From NCBI RefSeq assembly GCF_021054785.1, contig NZ_CP088239.1:600001-632000 (forward strand): a DNA stretch of 32,000 nucleotides. Direction: 5' to 3'. The notes under the pieces are model-generated. The model worked only from the letters and a program-made list of their open reading frames with translations. It was not told the origin of the DNA and did not search any database. A program made the position numbers and the translations under genes. Numbering within the stretch: the stretch's first letter is position 1; each line of letters opens with the position of its first letter. Of the stretch, positions 8,233-17,784 are shown piece after piece. This DNA comes from Tannockella kyphosi. Lineage in GTDB: Bacteria; Bacillota_I; Bacilli_A; Erysipelotrichales; Coprobacillaceae.

Positions 8233-9437
8233 TACAGATTATTTTTGCTCTTGTGGAGAGTTTTATACAAGCCTGCTTTTTATTTAAAATATTTTCCTTT
8301 GAAAAAAAACATTTGTTTATTGTAGTTTGTACAATGAGTAGTGTTTTACTTACAGAAACATATAATCAATATAAAGAAGTATCAATATTATTTTTATTTA
8401 TATATACTTTTATGATTACAGCTATTGTTTTTCTTTTTAAAAAAAGGCTGTATATCTATGATTATTTAATTGTCTTGATATCTTCTATCTTTTTAATTGT
8501 AGCTAATTTTTGTGCTTTGCTTATTTTAAGTTTGCTGATGGGATGGAATATTGTTGGTTTAGTGGATACAGTTTTTCCACTAATTGTTGGATGTACTATT
8601 TCTAAGGTTATCTATGCACTTATGTGTATTGTATTTTATCGTTTTAAAGATTTATTTAGTTTAAATGAGAAACATAATCGATGGTGGATTGTTGTGCCTA
8701 TCTTTTTATCAATCTTATTGAATAGTTATTTAATTGGTTATGTGATACTAAATGATGCGATTGTTACTAATTCTATACTTATTGCATTATGGAATACTGC
8801 TTTTTTATGTTTTTTAGTGATTGTTCTTTGTTTTGTAATAAACAAAGAAGCTGCTTCACTAATAAGTATGGATATAACAAAACAAAGGCAAGAATATATT
8901 ACGGAAAATAAAAAGATATTAACACGGATGTATCATGAATTATCAACATTAGAACATCAAAATACGTATCATTATATGCAATTAAAATTCTTGATGATGG
9001 ATCATCAATATGATAAAGCAATTGATTTATTAGATTGTAAAATAATGAAATTAGAAAAGTATCAAAATATTGTTCAAACTGGTGATATTTATTTGGATTA
9101 TATGTTGAATGTGGAAATAAATAAAAAACGGATGGAAGAATATGATTTTAAGGTTATTTGTAGTAAACCATCTTATGATATTCAGTTGGATAAAGAACAA
9201 ACAGATAGTATTATTAATATTTTTCATTATTTATTACCTTGTTGTCAAATAGATAAACCATTTATGTTTGAAACTAAAATAACAAGTAATTACTTTATAG
9301 TAAATTATGCATTTAGTTTACATCATAGTATTGATAAAAAGAGTATAGAAAGTTATCTGACAAAAGATATTGTTTTTAACTTAATAACAATTGATTCTTT
9401 AGTAAAAGTGATACTAATGGTAAAGTGTCATAAATAG
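8226..9437 (+). CDS. AgrC/HPK10-like polytopic sensor protein with degenerate ATP-binding boxes (possible pseudokinase)
   Basis: ATG overlaps the regulator stop (ATGTTAA). About 6-7 N-terminal TM segments are present. An H-box-like YHELSTLEH plus DHQYDKAIDLLD resembles the HPK10 pattern RHDxxNH...G.YDEA. The TGDIYLDYMLN block is conserved. The expected N box (NLLDNA) reads NIFHYLL, and no DxGxG/GxGL boxes are visible. Confidence 0.6.
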   Translation: MLIQIIFALVESFIQACFLFKIFSFEKKHLFIVVCTMSSVLLTETYNQYKEVSILFLFIYTFMITAIVFLFKKRLYIYDYLIVLISSIFLIVANFCALLILSLLMGWNIVGLVDTVFPLIVGCTISKVIYALMCIVFYRFKDLFSLNEKHNRWWIVVPIFLSILLNSYLIGYVILNDAIVTNSILIALWNTAFLCFLVIVLCFVINKEAASLISMDITKQRQEYITENKKILTRMYHELSTLEHQNTYHYMQLKFLMMDHQYDKAIDLLDCKIMKLEKYQNIVQTGDIYLDYMLNVEINKKRMEEYDFKVICSKPSYDIQLDKEQTDSIINIFHYLLPCCQIDKPFMFETKITSNYFIVNYAFSLHHSIDKKSIESYLTKDIVFNLITIDSLVKVILMVKCHK

Positions 9438-9448
9438 AGGGTGGGAGA

Positions 9449-9916
9449 ATGAATAAAACAAATGCAATGAGATTATTAGATGCAGCTAAAATAAGCTATA
9501 CGACAAGAGAATATGTAGTAGCGGAGGATAATTATTTTGGAGTACAGGTTGCTAAAAATTTTAAAATGAGTGCAGATCAAGTTTTTAAAACTTTAGTAAC
9601 AAAAGGTGATAAAAATGGATATAATATTTTTTGTATCCCCATTAATTGTGAGTTGGATCTTAAAAAAGCAGCAATAGTTAGTAAAAACAAAAAAATAGAA
9701 ATGATATTAATGAAAGATCTTTTACAGGTAACAGGATATATAAGAGGGGGATGTTCACCGATAGGAATGAAAAAGAAGTTCCCTACTTATATCGATGAAA
9801 CAGCAATGATTTTTGAAGAAATTGGTATTAGTGCAGGAGTTAGAGGTTGTGAAATAGTCCTTTCTGGATATGAATTATGTGCTTATTTAGAAGCTACTTT
9901 TCATGATTTGTCTTAG
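9449..9916 (+). CDS. ybaK: Cys-tRNA(Pro)/Cys-tRNA(Cys) deacylase YbaK
   Basis: 155 aa. It has a YbaK-type N-terminus (TNAMRLLDAAKISY), the KTLV block and GGCSPIGMKK. Confidence 0.85.
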   Translation: MNKTNAMRLLDAAKISYTTREYVVAEDNYFGVQVAKNFKMSADQVFKTLVTKGDKNGYNIFCIPINCELDLKKAAIVSKNKKIEMILMKDLLQVTGYIRGGCSPIGMKKKFPTYIDETAMIFEEIGISAGVRGCEIVLSGYELCAYLEATFHDLS

Positions 9917-9972
9917 AAAAACTGGATTGTAGGAAGGAATATTGAATAATAAGAAAACAGATAGAAAGGGTA

Positions 9973-10425
9973 GTGATTTATTTGATAGTTAGAAAGATAG
10001 AAGATAAAGATGAAGATATTGTATATAGGATGATGGAAGTATTTTATAACTCCCCAGCGGTTTTGGAACAAGTACCTGGTGAGGTGTTAAAGAAAAATAT
10101 TAAGAATTGTATTTATGATCATCGATGTTTAAAAGGATTTGTTTTTGAGAAAAATGATGTTGTTTTTGGGTATGCAATGATTGCTTGGAGTTATTCAACA
10201 GAATTTGGTGGGGACTGTTTATGGATAGAGGATATTTATATTCAAGAGCCTTATCGAAATAAAGGATATGTTTCTATTTTTATGAAGTACTTAGAAGAAA
10301 CGTTTAAAGGAAATGTAGTACGTTTTCGTTTAGAAGTATCAAATACTAATCAAGGAGCTATTAAGGCATATCAAAAAAATGGTTATCAAACACTGTCTTA
10401 TATTCAAATGACAAAAGAAGTATAG
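9973..10425 (+). CDS. GNAT-family N-acetyltransferase
   Basis: 150 aa with a GNAT motif A-like region (IEDIYIQEPYRNKGYVSIFM) and a C-terminal AIKAYQKNGY. The start is uncertain: GTG 9973 or TTG 9982 after SD GAAAGGG. Confidence 0.75.
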   Translation: MIYLIVRKIEDKDEDIVYRMMEVFYNSPAVLEQVPGEVLKKNIKNCIYDHRCLKGFVFEKNDVVFGYAMIAWSYSTEFGGDCLWIEDIYIQEPYRNKGYVSIFMKYLEETFKGNVVRFRLEVSNTNQGAIKAYQKNGYQTLSYIQMTKEV

Positions 10426-10438
10426 AGACGGAGAGAAT

Positions 10439-11146
10439 ATGAAGAAGGAAAAATCAGTAGTACTTATTATGGGAAGTGTCCTATTACTCTTTTTAATAGC
10501 GTTTGGTAGTTTATGTTATGGTGGTTGGTTGCAAAACACAAGGACCTTGAGTGGAATACAAATCATTGTAATGTTGTTTGTATTTTTTGGGAGTATGTTA
10601 TTAGCGTTGGCAATCCTGTTTTCAAACTATAGTTTTTTATTAAGTTATGAATTTCTTAAGAAAGCAAATAAATATAATAACTATGAATTTTCTAAAATAA
10701 ATAATTTTACGAAAGATAGAGTATCTCAAATATTAAAAAAAGAACGTTTTAAAGAAGATGATTCCTATTTTATTAAAAAAAAGTTATCTTTAGCAAAAGA
10801 TAGTATTTCTTATTATGTAAGACAAATTGATAGTTTGGATGTATCTTATACAATTAAAACAGAGTATGCTAGATTTGAAAATAAACAAAAAAAGGTTAAT
10901 TATGCATGTTTATTGTTATTTATTTATTGCGATCAACTTATGGATATGGATTTTGATAATTTGCGAAACTTATCAGTTGATCAATCAACAACGGATGACT
11001 TGTTTAGAACGAAACCCGCTATTTCTAGTTTAGTTATTTTGGTAAATAGCCAAACAAACGAAGCTTACTATTTAGATATTCAAAAAAAATTTTCTATTTC
11101 CTTATATGGTTATAGTTGTAGAACAATAAAAAAATACTTTCAATAA
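10439..11146 (+). CDS. Hypothetical membrane protein (2 N-terminal TM segments plus a soluble domain)
   Basis: 235-aa ORF with an SD (GGAGAG). Two clear hydrophobic helices are present (aa ~8-28 and ~40-62). I recognise no family. Confidence 0.6.
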   Translation: MKKEKSVVLIMGSVLLLFLIAFGSLCYGGWLQNTRTLSGIQIIVMLFVFFGSMLLALAILFSNYSFLLSYEFLKKANKYNNYEFSKINNFTKDRVSQILKKERFKEDDSYFIKKKLSLAKDSISYYVRQIDSLDVSYTIKTEYARFENKQKKVNYACLLLFIYCDQLMDMDFDNLRNLSVDQSTTDDLFRTKPAISSLVILVNSQTNEAYYLDIQKKFSISLYGYSCRTIKKYFQ

Positions 11147-11150
11147 AAAT

Positions 11151-11180
11151 AACCAGAATCTAAATTCTGGTTATTTTTTA
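11151..11180. terminator. Bidirectional terminator between convergent genes
   Basis: AACCAGAAT (11151-11159), loop CTAA, ATTCTGGTT (11164-11172). A-run upstream and T-run downstream. It overlaps the stop codon of the minus-strand regulator. Confidence 0.75.
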
Positions 11181-11851
11181 AATCGATAACCTGCTCCTCG
11201 AACAGTTTGAATATAATTTGGTTTACCAGGGTCTAATTCTATCTTTTCACGTAGACGGTTAATATGAACGGCAACAGTTGCATTATCTCCTAGTGCATCC
11301 ATTCCCCATATACGTTCATAAAGCGTTTCTTTGCTAAAAACAACATCATAGTTGGTAACTAAAAATAACAATAGCTCATATTCTTTGTTTTTTAGTTCAA
11401 TCTCATTTTCTTCTATAAAAACCCTTCTTGTTTTTGTATTAATAGCGAGTTTATCATATACGATAGTTTCAGAAATGTTTTTTGTTAGACGAGCATATTG
11501 TGCTATATTGGATTTTACTTTCGCAACTAGAACACTAGGTGAAAATGGTTTTTCAATAAAATCATCTGCGCCTATTCCTAGACCTCTAATTTTATCAATA
11601 TCTTCTCTAAGAGCACTAACCATTATGATTGGGATATCGATGGATTCACGAAGTCTTTTACATATTGTAAAACCATCAATAGTGGGGAGCATTAAATCTA
11701 ATATTATTAAGTTATAATTTCCTTCTATCGCTTTTTGATATCCGATGGCACCATCTATTTCTATATCTACTTCAAAATTATTTATTTCTAAATAATCTTT
11801 TTCAATAGAAGCAATGGTAATATCATCTTCAATAATTAGTATTTTATTCAT
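11171..11851 (-). CDS. OmpR/PhoB-family response regulator
   Basis: Receiver features: ILIIEDD, LIILDLMLP, MVSA, KPF. The winged-helix C-terminus reads LELKNKEYELLLFL...VAVHINRLREKIE...IQTVRGAGYRF. ATG 11851 is preferred over GTG 11854 from SD (AAGGAG) spacing. Confidence 0.93.
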   Translation of the reverse strand: MNKILIIEDDITIASIEKDYLEINNFEVDIEIDGAIGYQKAIEGNYNLIILDLMLPTIDGFTICKRLRESIDIPIIMVSALREDIDKIRGLGIGADDFIEKPFSPSVLVAKVKSNIAQYARLTKNISETIVYDKLAINTKTRRVFIEENEIELKNKEYELLLFLVTNYDVVFSKETLYERIWGMDALGDNATVAVHINRLREKIELDPGKPNYIQTVRGAGYRFKK

Positions 11852-13310
11852 CACTGATCTCCTTGTGTGGAATACATATAAGTATTTCTAATCCACCGCC
11901 TAACATATTATTCGCAATAACATGTCCATTCATTCGTTCTACTTCCCCTTTAACAATCGCTAATCCTAATCCATTTCCACTTTTAGGATTATGTCTAGAA
12001 GGATCACTACGATAAAATACTTCAAATAAATGTTCTAGGTCTTTTGATTGAACACCATCACCATTATCTTTAAAAGATAAATAAGAGTATTTTCCTTCTT
12101 TTTCTAAGGATATTGTTAGAATAGGATTTCTATTTTTGTTATATTTTACACTATTTTCTAGTATGTTACTAAAGATGGATAGTAGTTGATCATTATCACC
12201 ATAAATGGATGTAGAAGCAATATGTCCTAATTGAATAGTTAATCCTTTTTCTAAGTATTCCATATAATATTTTTGCATATATTCTTTAATGAATCCATCC
12301 AACTGTATATAAATAGGGTTGATTGGTAACTCACCTAACTCTAATTTACTAATAGACATTATTTTAGTAATCATTTGATCGATATCTTCAGATTTGTTTT
12401 TAATGATTTGTAAGTATTTTTGTTGACTCTCTGGTGATTTAGCAATTCCATCTAACAATCCTTCGACATAGGCACGAATAGAGGTAAGTGGACTTCGTAA
12501 GTCGTGGGATATACCAACTAGGATTTCTTGCTTACTTTTTTCATGATACTCACTCCTATCTAAGGATGTTTTTAAACGTATTGCCATTTCATTAAAATTA
12601 TCAAAAACAGGTTTAAACTCATCTTGATAAGGGTATTCAATGCGATAAGATAAGTTTCCTGCTGTTATTTCACTAGTTCCTTTATATAATAATTCTAAAG
12701 GATCTTGAATACGGTTATAAACAAATTTTATTAAAAAATTATTGGTAACTTTAATCGAAATAAGCAGTGCTAATAAAATACTAACACTAATAATACTTAC
12801 ACCTATCTTCAATGTGTTATAAGAAAGATCACTACATGTTGCAAAAATAGCCACTGTATATACTTGATCATTTACAAAGCTTTTTGCCATATATAATTCT
12901 CGTGAATTATTAGAAACAAAACCAACACCACCTAATGATGTAATCGCACTTATTAAACTTTCATCTACTTCTAGTGAGGAACCATAACTATATGTAATTG
13001 TATCATTTGATGAAATAAGAATATAAAATTCATTATTATCTAATGTAACTAATGCTGTATTCGATAAAGAATCAATATATATATCCTCCTTATTTTGTAA
13101 TTGTTCATCTACTACTTCAAAAATATTTTGACTTGCCTTATAAAAAGTTTCACTATCAATAAAGTTTACACCAGTACCAAAACGAACATAAAAAAATGTA
13201 ACAGTGATACCTATTATGATAATAATAATAGAAATGAAAACAGGAATAGCAATTGCTAGTATATTCGAAATATATAATCTCTTTTTCATTGTTAAATCTA
13301 CTTTTTTCAT
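11844..13310 (-). CDS. Sensor histidine kinase (2 TM, ~120-aa extracytoplasmic loop, HAMP, HisKA, HATPase_c)
   Basis: H box GISHDLRSPLTSI, N box LENSVKYN, G1 DNGDG, G2 GNGLGL. The 3' end overlaps the regulator start (8 nt with ATG 11851, 11 nt with the tracked GTG 11854). ATG 13310 is preferred after SD GAGGTG. Confidence 0.92.
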   Translation of the reverse strand: MKKVDLTMKKRLYISNILAIAIPVFISIIIIIIGITVTFFYVRFGTGVNFIDSETFYKASQNIFEVVDEQLQNKEDIYIDSLSNTALVTLDNNEFYILISSNDTITYSYGSSLEVDESLISAITSLGGVGFVSNNSRELYMAKSFVNDQVYTVAIFATCSDLSYNTLKIGVSIISVSILLALLISIKVTNNFLIKFVYNRIQDPLELLYKGTSEITAGNLSYRIEYPYQDEFKPVFDNFNEMAIRLKTSLDRSEYHEKSKQEILVGISHDLRSPLTSIRAYVEGLLDGIAKSPESQQKYLQIIKNKSEDIDQMITKIMSISKLELGELPINPIYIQLDGFIKEYMQKYYMEYLEKGLTIQLGHIASTSIYGDNDQLLSIFSNILENSVKYNKNRNPILTISLEKEGKYSYLSFKDNGDGVQSKDLEHLFEVFYRSDPSRHNPKSGNGLGLAIVKGEVERMNGHVIANNMLGGGLEILICIPHKEISDE

Positions 13311-13354
13311 CAAATCACCTCAAAACAATCATAACATATTTTTACTTTCATTGC

Positions 13355-13382
13355 TTAAACTAGTTGTAAACAATTAGTTTAA
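13355..13382. promoter_or_regulatory. 28-bp imperfect palindrome in the divergent HK/ABC intergenic region; candidate operator
   Basis: TTAAACTAGTTGTA|AACAATTAGTTTAA with 12 of 14 positions complementary. A possible extended -10 (TGtTATAGT, 13423-13431) for the ABC gene lies downstream. Confidence 0.3.
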
Positions 13383-13463
13383 CTGCAGTTTATGTTTATT
13401 TGTTATTGTGTTTAAGTATACTTGTTATAGTAGGAAAGTATTTATAAAGGAAGGAAGGTATAT

Positions 13464-16157
13464 ATGTTACAAATTAAAAATGTAAAAAAGCAATATCAAA
13501 CAGGAGAATATATTCAAACAGCATTAGATGATGTATCATTAAACTTACGTGATAATGAATTTGTTGCTATTCTAGGACCTAGTGGTTCAGGAAAGACAAC
13601 ACTATTAAATATAGTAGGGGGATTAGATCGTTATGATGAAGGGGACTTAATTGTTAATGCTATTTCAACTAAGAAATATAAAGATAAAGATTGGGATTCT
13701 TATCGTAATCATTCCATTGGTTTTGTATTCCAAAGCTATAATCTAATTGGACATCAATCAGTTTTAACCAATGTTGAACTAGCGTTAACTATTTCTGGTG
13801 TTTCAAAAGCACAACGAAGAAAAAAAGCAATTGATGCTTTAACGAAAGTGGGACTAGAACAACACATTCATAAAAAACCAAATCAATTATCAGGGGGACA
13901 AATGCAACGTGTGGCTATTGCTAGAGCATTAGTTAATAATCCTGAAATTTTATTAGCAGATGAACCAACTGGTGCTTTAGATAGTGAAACAAGTGTTCAA
14001 ATTATGAATCTTTTAAAAGAAGTAGCAAAAGATCGTTTAGTTGTAATGGTTACTCATAATCCAGAACTTGCAGAAGAATATGCTACTAGAATTATTAAAT
14101 TAAAAGATGGTAAGATTATTGATGATAATGATCCTTTTGTACCTCATCATGAACAAGAAGTAGCGGAGTATCAAAACATGGGGAAAGCTTCAATGTCTTT
14201 TCTTACTTCTGTCTCACTTAGTTTTAATAATTTAAAGACAAAAAAAGGTCGTACTTTTTTAACTGCTTTTGCAGGATCAATAGGGATTATTGGAATAGCT
14301 TTGATTGTTTCTATTTCTAGTGGTGTTAATACGTATATAGAAGATATTCAAAAAGAAACAATGAGTTCTTATCCAGTAACTATTTCATCTCAAACAATTG
14401 ATTCTGATAGTATACTGGATACAAGACAATCTATGATTGATGATTTTATGGATGAATCATCAGAAGTGTTAGATGCTGTTTATGGAGATAATATGTATCT
14501 AGAAGCACAAGAATCTTTTAATACAAGTATTGTAGAAAATGATTTAACTAATTTTAAAGTTTATTTGGATGATCCTGATAGTGAGATTAATCAGTATGTA
14601 GGAGAAAACGGAGTTGTTTATACGTATGATGTTCAGTTTGATGTATATGCAACAGATAGTGAAGGAACTACTATTAATACAAATGATGATCCTCAAGAAG
14701 AAGAGGGAGTTAGTAGTAATGATGCTCAATTAGAGATGTTACAATCTTTATTAGGTACTTCTAGTTCAAGTGGTGCTGATAATTTTAGTGAATTAATGGC
14801 AAATTCATCAGGTGATGGAATTAGTAGTGTTATTAGTGATAGTTATGATTTATTAGCGGGAGATTGGGCTAGTGAATATAATGAAGTGGTTTTAGTATTA
14901 GGTAGTGATAATCAAATTTCAACTACTGTTTTATATCAATTAGGATTGATTACAAGAGATGAATATGATGCTATTTGTGATCAAATTAGTGATGGTGAAA
15001 CAGGAGATATTCTTAGTTTTGATTATGATGATTTATTAGGATATACATTTAGTTTAGTACCTTATTGTGATTATTATAGTCAAGAAGATAATGGAACATT
15101 TAGTTATTCTACAGAGGACATAGATTCTTTACTTGATAATTCTATTGAATTATCTGTTGTAGGTATTATTAAATCAACAGAGGATGCTGTTAATGATACT
15201 ATTGCTACAAATGTAGCATATACTAGTGCTTTAACTTCTTATATTATTGATTATACAGATGATAGTGCTGTTGTTTTAGCACAAGAAGAAGATGAATCAA
15301 TAAATATATTAACTGGTGTTTCATTTGAAGAAGAGGATGATGATGGAAAAGTAGCTACTACTATTGAATATTTATCAAATTTATCAATAAGTGAAAAAGC
15401 TTCTGTTTATTCTATGATGATGAGTAATCAAACTTCTCAATTTACTAGTGAAGAACAAATGGCTACTGCTTTAGATTATTGGTTAGCTTCATCACCAGAT
15501 CAAGAAGTATTATTAACTATTTATGATACTTATTTAGATCAAAATTCATATATTGATAACTTAAGTGCTTTTGGTAAAGTTAGTTATGATGCACCTTCTT
15601 CAATTAGTATTTATACAGATAGTTTTGAAGATAAAGATGCTATTTCATTAGCAATTGAAAATTATAATGAAACAGTGGATGAGGATGCACAAATAACATA
15701 TACAGATTATGTAGCTTTATTAACATCTTCATTAACATCTATTATTGATGTAATAAGTTATGTATTAATTGCTTTTGTTTCTGTTTCATTAATTGTTTCA
15801 TGTGTGATGATTGGTATTATTACTCATATTTCTGTATTAGAAAGAACAAAAGAAATAGGTATTTTACGTGCTATTGGTGCTTCAAAACGTAATATTTCTC
15901 AAGTATTTAATGCAGAGACACTAATTATTGGTTTATTTGCAGGAACAATTGGTATTGTAGTGACATTGTTATTAATAATTCCAATTAATTCTATTTTACA
16001 TTTCTTGACAGCAAATGAAAGTATTAATGCAGTGTTGCCAATTAATGTTGGAATCATCTTAATTATGATAAGTGTGGTAATTACAGTATTAGCCGGTTTA
16101 TTACCTGCTAAATCTGCTGCTAAAAAAGATCCAGTAATTGCCCTTCGAAGTGAATAA
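13464..16157 (+). CDS. Fused ABC transporter ATPase + MacB/FtsX-type permease with a ~470-aa acidic extracytoplasmic domain
   Basis: N-terminal motifs: Walker A GPSGSGKTT, Q-loop, signature LSGGQ, Walker B LLADEPT, H-loop VTHN (MacB/LolD-like). TM1 lies at ~aa 265-286. A D/E/S/T-rich region spans ~aa 287-758. Three C-terminal TMs follow, with the FtsX hallmark ERTKEIGILRAIGA. Confidence 0.9.
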   Translation: MLQIKNVKKQYQTGEYIQTALDDVSLNLRDNEFVAILGPSGSGKTTLLNIVGGLDRYDEGDLIVNAISTKKYKDKDWDSYRNHSIGFVFQSYNLIGHQSVLTNVELALTISGVSKAQRRKKAIDALTKVGLEQHIHKKPNQLSGGQMQRVAIARALVNNPEILLADEPTGALDSETSVQIMNLLKEVAKDRLVVMVTHNPELAEEYATRIIKLKDGKIIDDNDPFVPHHEQEVAEYQNMGKASMSFLTSVSLSFNNLKTKKGRTFLTAFAGSIGIIGIALIVSISSGVNTYIEDIQKETMSSYPVTISSQTIDSDSILDTRQSMIDDFMDESSEVLDAVYGDNMYLEAQESFNTSIVENDLTNFKVYLDDPDSEINQYVGENGVVYTYDVQFDVYATDSEGTTINTNDDPQEEEGVSSNDAQLEMLQSLLGTSSSSGADNFSELMANSSGDGISSVISDSYDLLAGDWASEYNEVVLVLGSDNQISTTVLYQLGLITRDEYDAICDQISDGETGDILSFDYDDLLGYTFSLVPYCDYYSQEDNGTFSYSTEDIDSLLDNSIELSVVGIIKSTEDAVNDTIATNVAYTSALTSYIIDYTDDSAVVLAQEEDESINILTGVSFEEEDDDGKVATTIEYLSNLSISEKASVYSMMMSNQTSQFTSEEQMATALDYWLASSPDQEVLLTIYDTYLDQNSYIDNLSAFGKVSYDAPSSISIYTDSFEDKDAISLAIENYNETVDEDAQITYTDYVALLTSSLTSIIDVISYVLIAFVSVSLIVSCVMIGIITHISVLERTKEIGILRAIGASKRNISQVFNAETLIIGLFAGTIGIVVTLLLIIPINSILHFLTANESINAVLPINVGIILIMISVVITVLAGLLPAKSAAKKDPVIALRSE

Positions 16158-16180
16158 AATCATCAAAGAGAATAAAAAAA

Positions 16181-16219
16181 TAGTCCCAAAGATAGAGTTT
16201 GCTCTATCTATGGGAACTA
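16181..16219. terminator. Bidirectional terminator between the ABC gene and gdhA
   Basis: A ~17-bp stem TAGTCCCAAAGATAGAG / CTCTATCTATGGGAACTA (one mismatch, one bulge) with loop TTTG. A-run upstream and T-rich sequence downstream. Confidence 0.8.
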
Positions 16220-16238
16220 TCTATTTATTTCTCTTTTT

Positions 16239-17606
<1,368 letters not shown>

Positions 17607-17634
17607 TCACGTTTTTAAAATGTGAAGTATTCCT

Positions 17635-17663
17635 AATATAACATTGTTATGGACAAATAACAA
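17635..17663 (-). promoter_or_regulatory. Probable gdhA promoter (TTGTTA-17-TATATT with TG extension)
   Basis: On the minus strand, the -35 TTGTTA corresponds to + strand 17658-17663. A 17-nt spacer ends in TGT. The -10 TATATT corresponds to + strand 17635-17640, about 65 nt upstream of the ATG. Confidence 0.45.
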
Positions 17664-17784
17664 AGAATTGAGTAATAAATATTAGTCTTTTCTAAATATT
17701 TTATGTGAAAAGTGGAACAACTCACACTTTTGTACTATAATAAATATAGATATATTCATCTATTTTTAGATTTGGAGGAAAACA

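Noticed and set aside
10827-11033. 68-aa + strand ORF inside the 10439-11146 gene
   Set aside because: It is an alternative frame of the longer ORF, which has an SD and clear TM helices.
11352-11717. 121-aa + strand ORF
   Set aside because: It is antisense to the well-supported OmpR-family regulator.
14544-14729. 61-aa minus-strand ORF in the ABC gene
   Set aside because: It is an antisense, low-complexity I/N-rich frame.
11171-16157. Classification of the TCS + ABC pair as a BceRS-BceAB-type bacitracin/lantibiotic module
   Set aside because: BceB permeases have 10 TMs and a separate ATPase. BceS kinases are intramembrane-sensing with almost no outside loop. Here the transporter is a fused 4-TM MacB type and the kinase has a ~120-aa loop. 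Only a general analogy is retained.
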